A DNA stretch of 64,000 nucleotides from Alphaproteobacteria bacterium. GTDB lineage: Bacteria; Pseudomonadota; Alphaproteobacteria; UBA7985; JAUIBT01. Positions within the stretch are counted from its first letter, which is position 1, and the number at the start of each line of letters is the position of its first letter. The DNA is taken from the NCBI GenBank assembly GCA_030428565.1, contig JAUIDR010000001.1, positions 82,431 to 146,430 on the forward strand. Reading direction: 5' to 3'. The translations under genes and the position numbers were made by a program. The notes beneath the pieces were generated by a model. The model had not been told where the DNA came from. It worked only from the letters and a program-made list of their open reading frames with translations, and searched no databases. Positions 41,074 to 50,789 of the stretch are shown in pieces.

Positions 41074-41530
41074 CTAGGGCCCGCCCCGATAACCCTTTCA
41101 AAATACGTGTAAAATCACTCGGATGCTGGAAATCATTATAGACCGATGCGTAGCGCACAAACCCCACGGGGTCCATGTGCGACAGCATTTCCATGACACG
41201 CTTGCCGATGTCTTTTGAGGTGACTTCGCTATCGCCGCTCATTTCCAATTGGCGCACCAGCAAGGACAACTGATCATCCAGCTTCTTTTCGTCCACTGGC
41301 CGCTTGCGCAGTGCGATCATGATCGAATGGCGCAGCTTGCCACGGTTAAAGGATTGGCGGCTGCCGTCGGATTTTATGACGGTGACCTCCTGCAACTGCA
41401 CGCGCTCAAAGGTCGTGAACCGCTGCTCACAGACCGGGCATGTCCGGCGTCGGCGAATGGCGGTATTGTCCTCTACCGGACGCGAATCTTTGACCTGCGT
41501 GTTATCGCTGGAACAATAGGGGCAACGCAT
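41054..41530 (-). CDS. nrdR: Transcriptional repressor NrdR
   Basis: MRCPYCSSDNTQVKDSRP...CPVCEQRFTTFE zinc ribbon plus an ATP-cone. Start at internal Met 52 of the listed ORF; the 3' end overlaps the ribD start by 20 nt. Confidence 0.85.
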   Translation of the reverse strand: MRCPYCSSDNTQVKDSRPVEDNTAIRRRRTCPVCEQRFTTFERVQLQEVTVIKSDGSRQSFNRGKLRHSIMIALRKRPVDEKKLDDQLSLLVRQLEMSGDSEVTSKDIGKRVMEMLSHMDPVGFVRYASVYNDFQHPSDFTRILKGLSGRALDGADGD

Positions 41531-41722
41531 AGGGGTTGGCCTTTTGATTGGGGAGCGCCTAGACTGGCAAGGAAAGCTGCCAGGTGCAAGCGAGCTGGTG
41601 CCTAGTCGGCGTAAAATCCGACTAAGGGCGCTCACGACGCAGAGCCTCGGCTCCCATCGGCGCCGCGCCCCGGGCGTGCCCAACTTCGACGGTCTACCAT
41701 TGAGTTAAAAATCAAGGCTTCC

Positions 41723-42301
41723 ATGCAATCCGTTCTGATCTTGTTTGCGCACCCCATCTATGAGCGCTCTCGGTCGCATCGCCGCTTAATACAGGCCCTG
41801 TCTGGCTTGGAACACGTGCATTTGCACGACCTCTATGAGGCCTACCCGGACTTCTTTATCGATGTCGCGCGCGAGCACGAGCTGTTGGCCGAACACGATC
41901 ATATTGTGCTGCAATTTCCGCTGTATTGGTTTTCGACGCCGTCGCTGTTGAAGGAGTGGCAAGATTTGGTGCTGCAACGCTGGGCCGAGGCTCAGGGCGG
42001 GGCAAACCATGAGGCAATTCGCCCTGGCCGCCTGGTGCAGGGCAAAACGCTAAGCCTTGCCACCACGACGGGTGATCCTGCCAGCAGCTATGAACCGAAA
42101 GGCGAGATAGCCACACCCTTGCAAGACATCTTCTTACCCTTGCGCCTGACAGCCCAACACGCCGGTTTTGCTTGGCAGCCCCCCTTCGTATTGACCGGCG
42201 TCGATCAATTGGACGAGACCGGACTGGAGCTGGCCGGCGAAGCCTATCGCGATTACCTGTTGGCCAAACTCTACCCCCAAGGCCGAACGGCGCCGCAATA
42301 G
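41723..42301 (+). CDS. kefG: Flavodoxin-like NAD(P)H:quinone oxidoreductase, KefG/KefF-type ancillary protein
   Basis: MQSVLILFAHPIYERSRSHRRL...IVLQFPLYWFSTPSLLKEWQDLVL, located directly upstream of kefC. Confidence 0.6.
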   Translation: MQSVLILFAHPIYERSRSHRRLIQALSGLEHVHLHDLYEAYPDFFIDVAREHELLAEHDHIVLQFPLYWFSTPSLLKEWQDLVLQRWAEAQGGANHEAIRPGRLVQGKTLSLATTTGDPASSYEPKGEIATPLQDIFLPLRLTAQHAGFAWQPPFVLTGVDQLDETGLELAGEAYRDYLLAKLYPQGRTAPQ

Positions 42302-42349
42302 CCGTCACTAAATGAGCTAAGATCGCCAACCAACCCAGTCGGAAACGAG

Positions 42350-44362
42350 ATGGAACAAGACCTCCTTCTAACCGCCTTCTTATACTTGAGCATCGCCGTG
42401 ATAGCCGTGCCGTTGGCCAACCGCTTTGGCTTGGGCTCGGTGTTGGGCTACCTCATCGCAGGGATCATCATCGGCCCATTTGTTCTGAACCTCACCGGGG
42501 GCGGCCACAGCGACGTGCTGCATTTTGCCGAATTTGGCGTGGTGTTGATGCTGTTCCTGATCGGCCTAGAATTGCAGCCGCAAGTCTTGTGGCGGCTGCG
42601 AAAAAAGATTGTGGGGCTGGGCGGTCTGCAGGTTCTGTTTACCACTTTGCTCATCGCGGGACTTGCAATACTGGCAGGCCTAACTTGGCGCCCTGCCCTG
42701 GCGATTGGCTTGATCTTGGCCTTGTCATCAACCGCCATTGTTATGCAGTCTTTGCAAGAAAAAGGCTGGTCGCGCAGCCCTGGCGGGCGCTCGGCTTTTA
42801 CCGTGCTGCTGTTTCAAGATATCGCGGTGATCCCGATCCTGGCCATACTGCCACTGCTGGCCCTGCCTTCGACGACGCCGCAGGTCATTAGCCATGGCGC
42901 GGGCGACGATGGACATGGCGCGCAGGTCGCGACCAGCTTGGTGGCCCACCTACCGATCTGGGCTCAAGGATTGGCGGCCCTGGTTGCGGTCGTTGCGGTC
43001 GTCCTGGGCAGCCGATATCTGCTGCGTCCCGTCTTCCGCCTTATTGCTTCGGTGCAGAGTCGCGAATTATTCACGGCCTTTGCACTGTTCTTGGTCGTCG
43101 CTATATCCCTTTTGATGCGCGAAATTGGCCTGTCGATGGCCTTGGGCACCTTCTTGGCGGGCGTGGTTCTGGCGGACAGTGAATACCGCCACGAGCTTGA
43201 AAACAATATTCAGCCGTTCAAAGGTCTGTTGTTGGGGCTGTTTTTCATCGCGGTCGGTTCATCCATCGATTTCGACCTGATTTGGGGAGCCCTGCAGACC
43301 GTCTTGGCGCTAACTGCCGCGCTGCTGTTGCTCAAACTGCTGGTGCTACTGGCGGTAGGCTACGCCTTTGATCTTCGCGGCAGCCAATTGGCTCTCTTCA
43401 GTTTGGCCCTGGCCCAGGGCGGTGAATTTGCCTTCGTTCTGTTTTCTTTTGCCACGCAAAACCAAGTCTTAAGCTTTGAAATATCGGGCATTTTAACCGC
43501 GGTCGTTGCGCTTACCATGCTGATTACGCCGCTGCTTTTGATCGTCTATGAACTGGCATTGGTGCCACTGCTGGACCGCATGCAAAGCGAACGCGAAGAG
43601 GACACGATCGACGACAGTGAGACGCGGGTCATTCTCGCTGGCTACGGCGCCTTTGGCACGCTTATCGGGCGCTTGCTGGCGGCCAATCGCATCCCAACGA
43701 CCATTTTGGACTTCAACCCTGACCAGATCGACCGCATGCGCCGTTTTGGCTTCAAGGTCTATTATGGCGATGCGACCCTCCTGGAGTTGTTGGAACTGGC
43801 TGGCATCGCTAAAGCCGAGCTGCTGGTCGTCGCAATCGGCGATTCCGATGCCGCGACCCGCTTGATTGAAGAAGTTGTACAGCGCTACCCACACGTCACG
43901 GTCATCGCCCGCGCCGCTGATCGCATCCACTATCGGCAGCTCAGCAAAGCCGGCGCCCACGTCATCGTGCGTCAATACCTGCAATCCGCCATGTTCATGG
44001 GGCAATCGGTTCTGCGCGAGCTCGGTTTTCGCGCTTTTACCGCACGCCGCCGGGTGCAGGCCTTTGAGCGCCATGATGTCAAAATGCTGGACCACATGGT
44101 GCGCGAGGACATGGACGATAGCTCCATGATGCACTTGGCGCGCAAGGCCTCTGAGCAGATCGAGCGTGCCTTGCACCAAGATCGCGCCTACCACAATCCG
44201 GCCCATGCCTTTGAACTCGACGAGCCTGAAAACGCCGACGGCGGCGGTGAGCACGATCAGGAGGCGCGCCCAGAGTCGCGCCCGGCCCATCAGCAGGCAT
44301 CACATCATGGCCAGCAACGCGATTCCAAGGCCACACGCCCGCCCGCATCTGGCAGGAATTGA
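42350..44362 (+). CDS. kefC: Glutathione-regulated K+-efflux system protein (KefB/KefC family)
   Basis: CPA2 antiporter membrane domain plus a C-terminal TrkA-N/KTN domain (ILAGYGAFGTLIGRLL). Carries an additional low-complexity His/Gln/Glu-rich C-terminal tail. Confidence 0.75.
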   Translation: MEQDLLLTAFLYLSIAVIAVPLANRFGLGSVLGYLIAGIIIGPFVLNLTGGGHSDVLHFAEFGVVLMLFLIGLELQPQVLWRLRKKIVGLGGLQVLFTTLLIAGLAILAGLTWRPALAIGLILALSSTAIVMQSLQEKGWSRSPGGRSAFTVLLFQDIAVIPILAILPLLALPSTTPQVISHGAGDDGHGAQVATSLVAHLPIWAQGLAALVAVVAVVLGSRYLLRPVFRLIASVQSRELFTAFALFLVVAISLLMREIGLSMALGTFLAGVVLADSEYRHELENNIQPFKGLLLGLFFIAVGSSIDFDLIWGALQTVLALTAALLLLKLLVLLAVGYAFDLRGSQLALFSLALAQGGEFAFVLFSFATQNQVLSFEISGILTAVVALTMLITPLLLIVYELALVPLLDRMQSEREEDTIDDSETRVILAGYGAFGTLIGRLLAANRIPTTILDFNPDQIDRMRRFGFKVYYGDATLLELLELAGIAKAELLVVAIGDSDAATRLIEEVVQRYPHVTVIARAADRIHYRQLSKAGAHVIVRQYLQSAMFMGQSVLRELGFRAFTARRRVQAFERHDVKMLDHMVREDMDDSSMMHLARKASEQIERALHQDRAYHNPAHAFELDEPENADGGGEHDQEARPESRPAHQQASHHGQQRDSKATRPPASGRN

Positions 44363-44410
44363 GCAGACAATCCTTCGCAGCTCTCCTTCAATTCGAACCC
44401 TTGGCCCTGC

Positions 44411-44839
44411 ATGACCGATAGCCCCAAATCCCAGCCGTCTGGCATCACCGATCTAGCGCGCTTGTTGAGCGAGCTGGAGCCCAGCTTCACCCCCGAACTC
44501 TATTGCTTTACGAGCATCGCCAAGGGCGACCCTCAGCCCGACGGAGCCCTGATGGTCTTTGAGGAGGCCGAAGGAACGACCTTGATTTTACCCCTAGAAC
44601 GAGCGACCGCCGCGCATATTGAAACTGGCTTCTTGTGCCAAAAGATCACGCTGACGGTGCCCTCCAGCCTTGAGGCCATCGGCATGATGGCGGCAATCGC
44701 GGAGGCGCTAACGCAAGCTGAGGTGCCTTGCAACGTGGTGGCCGGCTACCACCACGACCATTTATTTGTCGCTCCCGATCACGCTGAAAGAGCTGTTACA
44801 GCCCTTCACGCGCTACAGAACCGGTCTGCAACAAACTAA
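44411..44839 (+). CDS. ACT-domain-like small cytoplasmic protein
   Basis: 142-aa protein with tandem ACT-like beta-alpha-beta elements; similarity judged by eye only. Confidence 0.4.
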   Translation: MTDSPKSQPSGITDLARLLSELEPSFTPELYCFTSIAKGDPQPDGALMVFEEAEGTTLILPLERATAAHIETGFLCQKITLTVPSSLEAIGMMAAIAEALTQAEVPCNVVAGYHHDHLFVAPDHAERAVTALHALQNRSATN

Positions 44840-44846
44840 GCCGGCA

Positions 44847-46199
44847 TCATAGCGACTTCAGTCGCGCTGCGATCAAGGCATAGATCGGCACGCTGGCGAG
44901 CAATAGGAGAGCTGGCAAAAGGGTCATGCCCGCTCGCAAAGCCTCAAGAGCAGCCGCTGGTTGGTCGACATAGCCTTGCTCACTAGAAACGAAGCCGAAG
45001 GCCGACAGCAGCTCACCGAACAGCAGCGGCGCCAGCGCTCCCGCCAGCTTTTGCCCGAACAGCCAGACCGAATTGGCCAGGCCTTCCACGGACTGACCCG
45101 ATTGGCGGTTGGTCTCTGCGATCAGGTCGGGGGCCAGGGCCCAGGGTAATTGCTGATAGCAACCATTGGTGATGCCGATGCCCAAGGACAGCGCACCGAG
45201 CAAAACCGCGCTGGCCAGTGGCAATTGGGTATAAAACAGCACCAGCATACCAGCATAGACCAGCATGCCCGCCAAATAGACGCGCGGCTTGCCAATCCGC
45301 TTGCTGAGCATAAGCCACAAGGGCTGCGAAGCCATAGCACCGACCACAAAGGCGCCAAAAAGCAAGGTCTGCGCACCCGGCATGGGACCGTTTCCCTCTG
45401 ATGCCAGCGTGAGATAGCGCGCGGCATGGGGGATACCGACGGTGATAAAAAAGATAGCCAGGGTCTGGAAGCCATAGATCACTACCAGTAAAACAAAGCG
45501 CGGATTGCTCGCCACCGTACGCAATTGGGCTAGCAAAGGTTGCGGTGCGGGCGGGCGCGCGGGCGACGGGCGTGCACTGACAAAGGCAGCGGCCCAGATC
45601 GTCCCCACGGCAATCGGGGCAAAGACCAACATGGCCAAGGCAAAGGCCGCACGATTGCCGCCAAATTGTGCCACCAACGCAGGAAATAGCGCGCCAGCCA
45701 ACAAGATACCCAGCGCCGCCGAGGCCATGCGGTAGGCAGTGAGGCTCGAGCGCTGTTGGGGGTCGTCGGTCAGCTCCACCGTCAGACTGCTGTAGGGGAT
45801 AACCACCATGGTCCAGCCCACCGACGCGGCCGCGAAAAAGCCCGTCACCCAGAGCCCCGCGGCTAAGCCTGAAAATGCGGCGGGCACATAGAACATCAAT
45901 ACCAGCAAAACCGCCATGGCCAGCGCGCCGACCGCCATATAGGGCGCGCGTCGCCCCCATCGTGTGTGGCTGCGGTCAGACAGCCAGCCAATGAGAGGAT
46001 CGGTCAGTATGTCGAAGATCAAGACCAGCGCGGTCAGACGCCCTGCCGTTGCGGGGGCAACGTCCAGGTAGGCGGTCATGAAGTCAAAAACCAACAGGCT
46101 CTTGACGATGACGAAAATATTGATGCCGAGATCGCCAAGGCCATAGCCCGTTTTGGTCAACAGCGGCAGCGAATGCCCGGGAGCGTCTTGTACTCGCAT
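44847..46199 (-). CDS. MFS transporter, glycoside-pentoside-hexuronide (GPH):cation symporter family
   Basis: GPH signature (GWLSDRSHTRWGRRAPYMAVGA) and 12 TM helices. The true start is Met 120 (MRVQD) of the 569-aa listed ORF; the upstream extension runs through a repeat array and is not credible. Confidence 0.65.
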   Translation of the reverse strand: MRVQDAPGHSLPLLTKTGYGLGDLGINIFVIVKSLLVFDFMTAYLDVAPATAGRLTALVLIFDILTDPLIGWLSDRSHTRWGRRAPYMAVGALAMAVLLVLMFYVPAAFSGLAAGLWVTGFFAAASVGWTMVVIPYSSLTVELTDDPQQRSSLTAYRMASAALGILLAGALFPALVAQFGGNRAAFALAMLVFAPIAVGTIWAAAFVSARPSPARPPAPQPLLAQLRTVASNPRFVLLVVIYGFQTLAIFFITVGIPHAARYLTLASEGNGPMPGAQTLLFGAFVVGAMASQPLWLMLSKRIGKPRVYLAGMLVYAGMLVLFYTQLPLASAVLLGALSLGIGITNGCYQQLPWALAPDLIAETNRQSGQSVEGLANSVWLFGQKLAGALAPLLFGELLSAFGFVSSEQGYVDQPAAALEALRAGMTLLPALLLLASVPIYALIAARLKSL

Positions 46200-46236
46200 T
46201 TCTGTACCTCGCAGGTGACCGCAGAGCTCTATTAGC

Positions 46237-46334
46237 CTGGGCGCTGGCAGACTGGGCGCTAGCAGACTCGGCGCCAACCAGACTGGGCGCTGACAAGCTG
46301 GGCACTGACAGGCTGGGCGCTTGTAGGAGACTGG
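46237..46334. repeat. Degenerate 15-16 bp tandem repeat (CTGGGCGCTGRCAGA, 6 copies) just upstream of the GPH transporter gene
   Basis: Read directly: ctgggcgctggcaga / ctgggcgctagcaga / ctcggcgccaaccaga / ctgggcgctgacaag / ctgggcactgacagg / ctgggcgcttgtagg. Confidence 0.65.
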
Positions 46335-46559
46335 TCGCAGGATCGCTAGCGCCAGGCTGCCACCGGCAGCACAGGCCCTATGACCTCCCCAACGTCTAAC
46401 TTGACCAGGTCCAACCACGAGCCATGAAGCAGACCACAGGCATTGAAGCGAACCGCGCGCGGACCCGTAACCACACCGCCTGAATTTGCCCCTTTCCGCA
46501 GACGAATCGCCTAGACCGCGGATCGACGAAACGTCGCCCTGTCGAGCGGCGACCAAGCT

Positions 46560-47327
46560 TTAGTCGCGCAGGATCTGGCTCAAGAACTCTTTGGTACGCT
46601 CATTCTGCGGATTGTGGAAGAAGTCTTCCGGGTTGTTCTGCTCGACGATTTCGCCCGCATCCATGAAGATCACGCGATCAGCGACCTGCCGCGCGAAGCC
46701 CATTTCGTGCGTCACAACCAGCATGGTCATGCCCTCGTTGGCCAGATCGATCATGGTGTCCAGCACCTCTTTGATCATCTCTGGATCCAGCGCTGACGTG
46801 GGTTCGTCAAACAGCATGACGCGTGGGCGCATGCACAAGGAGCGCGCAATCGCCACCCGCTGTTGCTGGCCACCCGAAAGCTGGCCGGGGTATTTACTCG
46901 CCTGCTCGGGAATGCGCACCTTGCTCAAAAAGTGCATGGCGATTTCTTCGGCTTCCTTCTTGGGCATCTTACGCACCCAAATCGGCGCCAGCGTACAGTT
47001 CTCCAACACGGTCAGGTGCGGGAACAAGTTGAACTGCTGGAACACCATGCCGACTTCTTTGCGGATAGCTTCGATGTTCTTGAGGTTGTCGGTCAATTGC
47101 ACGCCGTCCACGACAATCGAGCCTTCTTGGTGCTCCTCAAGGGCGTTGATACAGCGAATGAGCGTGGACTTGCCAGACCCGGACGGGCCCGCGATCACGA
47201 TCTTTTCTTGGCGCGCGACCGACAGATTGATGTCTTTAAGAACGTGGAAGTTTCCGTACCACTTGTTCATGCCCGAAATGGTGATGATGGGCTCTTGGTC
47301 GTTCAGGGCGGGAGCTTCAGATGACAT
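46560..47327 (-). CDS. aapP: General L-amino acid ABC transporter ATP-binding protein
   Basis: Walker A (GPSGSGKST), ABC signature ([13 protein letters not shown]) and Walker B. Polar-amino-acid-type ATPase at the end of the aapJQMP operon. Confidence 0.8.
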   Translation of the reverse strand: MSSEAPALNDQEPIITISGMNKWYGNFHVLKDINLSVARQEKIVIAGPSGSGKSTLIRCINALEEHQEGSIVVDGVQLTDNLKNIEAIRKEVGMVFQQFNLFPHLTVLENCTLAPIWVRKMPKKEAEEIAMHFLSKVRIPEQASKYPGQLSGGQQQRVAIARSLCMRPRVMLFDEPTSALDPEMIKEVLDTMIDLANEGMTMLVVTHEMGFARQVADRVIFMDAGEIVEQNNPEDFFHNPQNERTKEFLSQILRD

Positions 47328-47382
47328 GCGATAAATCCTTTAGCGTACTTGGGGGCATTGGTTGGCGATGACGGTCACGATT

Positions 47383-49347
47383 TTAGTGTTCGTGACCGGT
47401 GGCCAAGCGCCGTTCCAGATGCTGCGAGTAGCGGGACATGAAGAAACATGAGACGAAGAAGAACAGGGCGATAAAGGCGTAGACTTCCGCCTCCAAACGC
47501 GCCCATTCCAGCGATGGCAGCACCGACCTAGAGCCCACGCCCAACAGATCGAATATGCCGATGATCGACAGCAGGGTCGTATCTTTATACAAGCCGATGA
47601 AGGTGTTCACGATGCCGGGGATCGAGATCTTGAGGGCCTGCGGCAATATGATGAAACGCTGGGTCTGCCAGTAGCTCAGGCCCAAGGAGTCCGCCCCCTC
47701 GGTCTGGCCCTTGCTGAGGCCCTGGAGCCCGCCGCGAATGACCTCGGCCATATAGGCTGAGGCAAACAGGGAGACCCCCACCAGAGCGCGGAACAGTTTG
47801 TTGATTGTCACGCCCTCGGGCAAGAACAAGGGCAACAGCACCGAGGCCATGAACAAAATGGTGATCAGCGGCACACCACGCACGAATTCGATGAAGCCCG
47901 TCGAGAAGGTAGAGACGATCGGCAGGTCCGACCGCCGCCCCAGCGCCAAAATGACACCCAAGGGCAGCGACACCGCAATACCTGTCAGGCCCGTAACGGC
48001 GGTCGCGAGCAGGCCGCCCCAAACGTTATCGACCTCAACATCAGACAGGCGTAAGCGGCCCAGCAATTCTTGGAAGCTTGAGAGCTGTTGGCCGTCGACA
48101 TCAACGCGAACAGTCAAGAAGACATAAAAGGTCAGCACACCGACAGCCAGATAGACCAAATTGGTAATCGGCTTGAAGGAATGGGACTGTGTTTGCCGCT
48201 GCCAGCTTTGCCAGAAGAACAGCGCCCAAATGGCCATCATGATGAGACCGAAGACCCATTGCCCCCAGGTGCTGGGCAGAGTGATGGCCTGCGGCAAGGA
48301 AAAGCGAATCAGAAGCCAAATAGCGACCAGCGGGAAGCCCAAGAAGAAGATGAGGCCTCTCTTGCCGACATCAAGCTGTTCGTAGAGGAGCGCCAAACCT
48401 ACGCTCAACGCCAGGGCAAGCAACAAACCTCCGCTCGCCAGCCCAACGCCCGAAGACACGGTGTAGCCGATCAGACCGCCGACGACCGCTGCTGACAGGC
48501 TACGGCTGGCGCTGCTTCGACCGGGCCACAGCAGGGATAGCCCGCCCAACAACAACAGCAGTGCCGTGGTCGCGACGCGCCAGACCTGCTCTTTGGGATA
48601 AAAGCCGTACATAAACTGCTGCCAGCGCCGCTTAACCACGGTCCAGCACGCACCGTTATGCGCTTCGCCCCAATGGACCATGTCGTCGAACTCGGACCGC
48701 GCGGCCTCGAAAGCAACAGGATCTTGCGCAGTGACCGCAGCCTTTAAGGCTTCGCGTCCGGCCAACAAGTCCTTACCGGCCACCACGTTCGCCAGGCCAG
48801 GATGCAAGGTTGCGTCGGGGTCGGGGTTGCGTTCAATGAACTCAATGTCTTTGTTGATTGTCGCCAGAATTTCAGCCCGTTGGCTCAGCGCGCGTGAGAC
48901 TTCGCGGTTGCCCATGATCTCGGCGGTCAACAGCTCACCATAGCTGGGTCCAAAGCCCAGGGTTCCCAGGGCAAAACGGCCCCAGGTGCTTTGGCTATCG
49001 ACCCAAAATTGGCGTTGGTCCTGGCTCTGATAGCTCTTGGACAGCAACAGCTTGTCGGCCATCAAGATGGTGATCTCATGCTGTGACAGCAAGCTGGTCC
49101 GCTCAGCCAGGTGACAGGTGCGGTTGGACGCCCCGTGGTTGGTCGCACGCAGCAGCCCCCAGGAAAAGACGTGCCAGAGCACTGAAACAATTATGAACAG
49201 TAGCACCGGTGTTGCGACCCATGAGACCGGACCCGCGAACAAGTTCTTTTTGATCATCGCCCCCATGCCAACGGTGTTAACCGGTGCATCGCGAGGCGGA
49301 GTTGGCACGAAGTTTGCGCCGGTTTTGTCTTGATCGGCCATAATCAA
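47383..49347 (-). CDS. aapM: General L-amino acid ABC transporter permease AapM homolog with a large inserted loop domain
   Basis: C-terminal ~385 aa form a typical polar-amino-acid permease core with an EAA-like loop. An N-terminal TM1 is followed by a ~200-residue hydrophilic insertion. Total length is 654 aa, against roughly 370-385 aa for typical AapM. Confidence 0.7.
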   Translation of the reverse strand: MIMADQDKTGANFVPTPPRDAPVNTVGMGAMIKKNLFAGPVSWVATPVLLFIIVSVLWHVFSWGLLRATNHGASNRTCHLAERTSLLSQHEITILMADKLLLSKSYQSQDQRQFWVDSQSTWGRFALGTLGFGPSYGELLTAEIMGNREVSRALSQRAEILATINKDIEFIERNPDPDATLHPGLANVVAGKDLLAGREALKAAVTAQDPVAFEAARSEFDDMVHWGEAHNGACWTVVKRRWQQFMYGFYPKEQVWRVATTALLLLLGGLSLLWPGRSSASRSLSAAVVGGLIGYTVSSGVGLASGGLLLALALSVGLALLYEQLDVGKRGLIFFLGFPLVAIWLLIRFSLPQAITLPSTWGQWVFGLIMMAIWALFFWQSWQRQTQSHSFKPITNLVYLAVGVLTFYVFLTVRVDVDGQQLSSFQELLGRLRLSDVEVDNVWGGLLATAVTGLTGIAVSLPLGVILALGRRSDLPIVSTFSTGFIEFVRGVPLITILFMASVLLPLFLPEGVTINKLFRALVGVSLFASAYMAEVIRGGLQGLSKGQTEGADSLGLSYWQTQRFIILPQALKISIPGIVNTFIGLYKDTTLLSIIGIFDLLGVGSRSVLPSLEWARLEAEVYAFIALFFFVSCFFMSRYSQHLERRLATGHEH

Positions 49348-50552
49348 CGCTCCTTCAAGGCTACAGAGCGGTTATAGAGATTCATGATGAAGGAAATCAA
49401 AAGGCTGATGGACAGATAGAACGCCATGGTCATACCGATGATCTCAACGGCTCGGCCTGACTGGTTCAAGATAGTGCCCATGAAGACGGCCACGATCTCC
49501 TGATAGCCAACGACAATCGCCAGCGACGAGTTCTTGGTCAGGTTTAGATACTGGCTGGTCAGCGGCGGAATGATAACGCGTAGGGCTTGCGGGATAATGA
49601 CCAGGTTCATCACCAAGTTGGGACGTAATCCCAGCGCAGATGCGGCCTCCCGCTGGCCTTTGTTGACCGACAAGATGCCCGCACGTACGATCTCGGCAAT
49701 GAAGGAGGCGGTATAGAGCGACAGCGCGGTTAGCAGCGCTAGGAACTGCGGCAGCAACTTAACGCCACCGCGATAGTTGAAGCCCTTGAGCTCAGGCGTC
49801 TCCCATTCCAGCGGACCACCCAAAGCGAAAAAGACCGCCAGAGGCAGGCCAACAATCAGGCCTAGATTGACCCAAAAGACCGGCAATTGGTTGCCTGATT
49901 TGGCCTGTACGCGCCGGGCGATAAAACTCCAAACGATGGCTGCAATGATCCCCAACAAGAAGACGTAACTGACGATGCTAAAGCCATCCAGCGGCATGCC
50001 GCGCGGCGCATAAAGGCCACGGTTAGAGGCTACAAAGGCATCGAAAATCGGCAGGGCTTCTTTTGGCGACGGCCAGGGAAGAAACACGATGGCGTTGATC
50101 AGCAAGATCCACAGCAAGAGCGGGACATTTCGGAAGGTCTCCACGTAGACCAAGGCAAACCGGTTGACCAACCAGTTGGGCGACAGGCGCATAACGCCGA
50201 TGATGAAGCCCAAAACGGTGGCAAAAAATATGCCCAAGATAGAGATGTAGATGGTGTTGATCGCCGAACCGACCAGAAACTGCCAGATCGGATCGCGCGC
50301 ACTGACCGTCATAAGGTCAAGGGCGACCCAGCTCAGATTGTCCACGCTGCCAGGCTCAGAAAGGAAGTTGCCCTTTGGCAAGATATTGAGCGCCCGCATA
50401 TTCGTTATGGCATTGTTGGTTATGTAGGTGAGAGCTCCTAAAAAACCTACCAAAACAATGACTTGAAAGGCGATCGCCCGGAAGCGTCGATTACTGAGAA
50501 GATCCATGGCCAATCCCCGTGTTAGGCGTCCGATGGGGCGCTGCGAGATCAA
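49344..50552 (-). CDS. aapQ: General L-amino acid ABC transporter permease AapQ
   Basis: About 400 aa permease; its stop overlaps the aapM start by 4 nt. Confidence 0.75.
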   Translation of the reverse strand: MISQRPIGRLTRGLAMDLLSNRRFRAIAFQVIVLVGFLGALTYITNNAITNMRALNILPKGNFLSEPGSVDNLSWVALDLMTVSARDPIWQFLVGSAINTIYISILGIFFATVLGFIIGVMRLSPNWLVNRFALVYVETFRNVPLLLWILLINAIVFLPWPSPKEALPIFDAFVASNRGLYAPRGMPLDGFSIVSYVFLLGIIAAIVWSFIARRVQAKSGNQLPVFWVNLGLIVGLPLAVFFALGGPLEWETPELKGFNYRGGVKLLPQFLALLTALSLYTASFIAEIVRAGILSVNKGQREAASALGLRPNLVMNLVIIPQALRVIIPPLTSQYLNLTKNSSLAIVVGYQEIVAVFMGTILNQSGRAVEIIGMTMAFYLSISLLISFIMNLYNRSVALKER

Positions 50553-50747
50553 GCCGTCGTATAGGTGACCGTCACTTCTGCCGCTGCGCCTTGGCGCCGA
50601 GTTTCAAGCTCGGCTTGTTTATACCCATTCGACTAGCGCACAGTGGCATGTCGTTGGGCCTGTTAATTTTACAACGTTTAGAACAATGAAGCCTTCAGCT
50701 GGGCGCGAGCAAACGCTTGTATCGCGGCACCAACCTGGCCGTCAGTC

Positions 50748-50774
50748 AAAAAAGGGGCAGACGATGCCTGCCCC
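50748..50774 (-). terminator. Rho-independent terminator or attenuator after aapJ
   Basis: GGGGCAG-ACGATGC-CTGCCCC hairpin, followed on the minus strand by TTTTTT. Sits between aapJ and aapQ, as expected for a highly expressed binding-protein gene. Confidence 0.55.
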
Positions 50775-50789
50775 TTCTTGACGTTTAGC

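Noticed and set aside
43493-44290. 265-aa minus-strand ORF
   Set aside because: It is antisense to kefC and is a shadow ORF.
44847-46556. 569-aa version of the minus-strand transporter ORF
   Set aside because: The first 119 codons read through the 15-bp repeat array, giving a PAPSLLAPSLPAPR low-complexity artefact. The conserved MFS sequence starts at Met 120 (46199).
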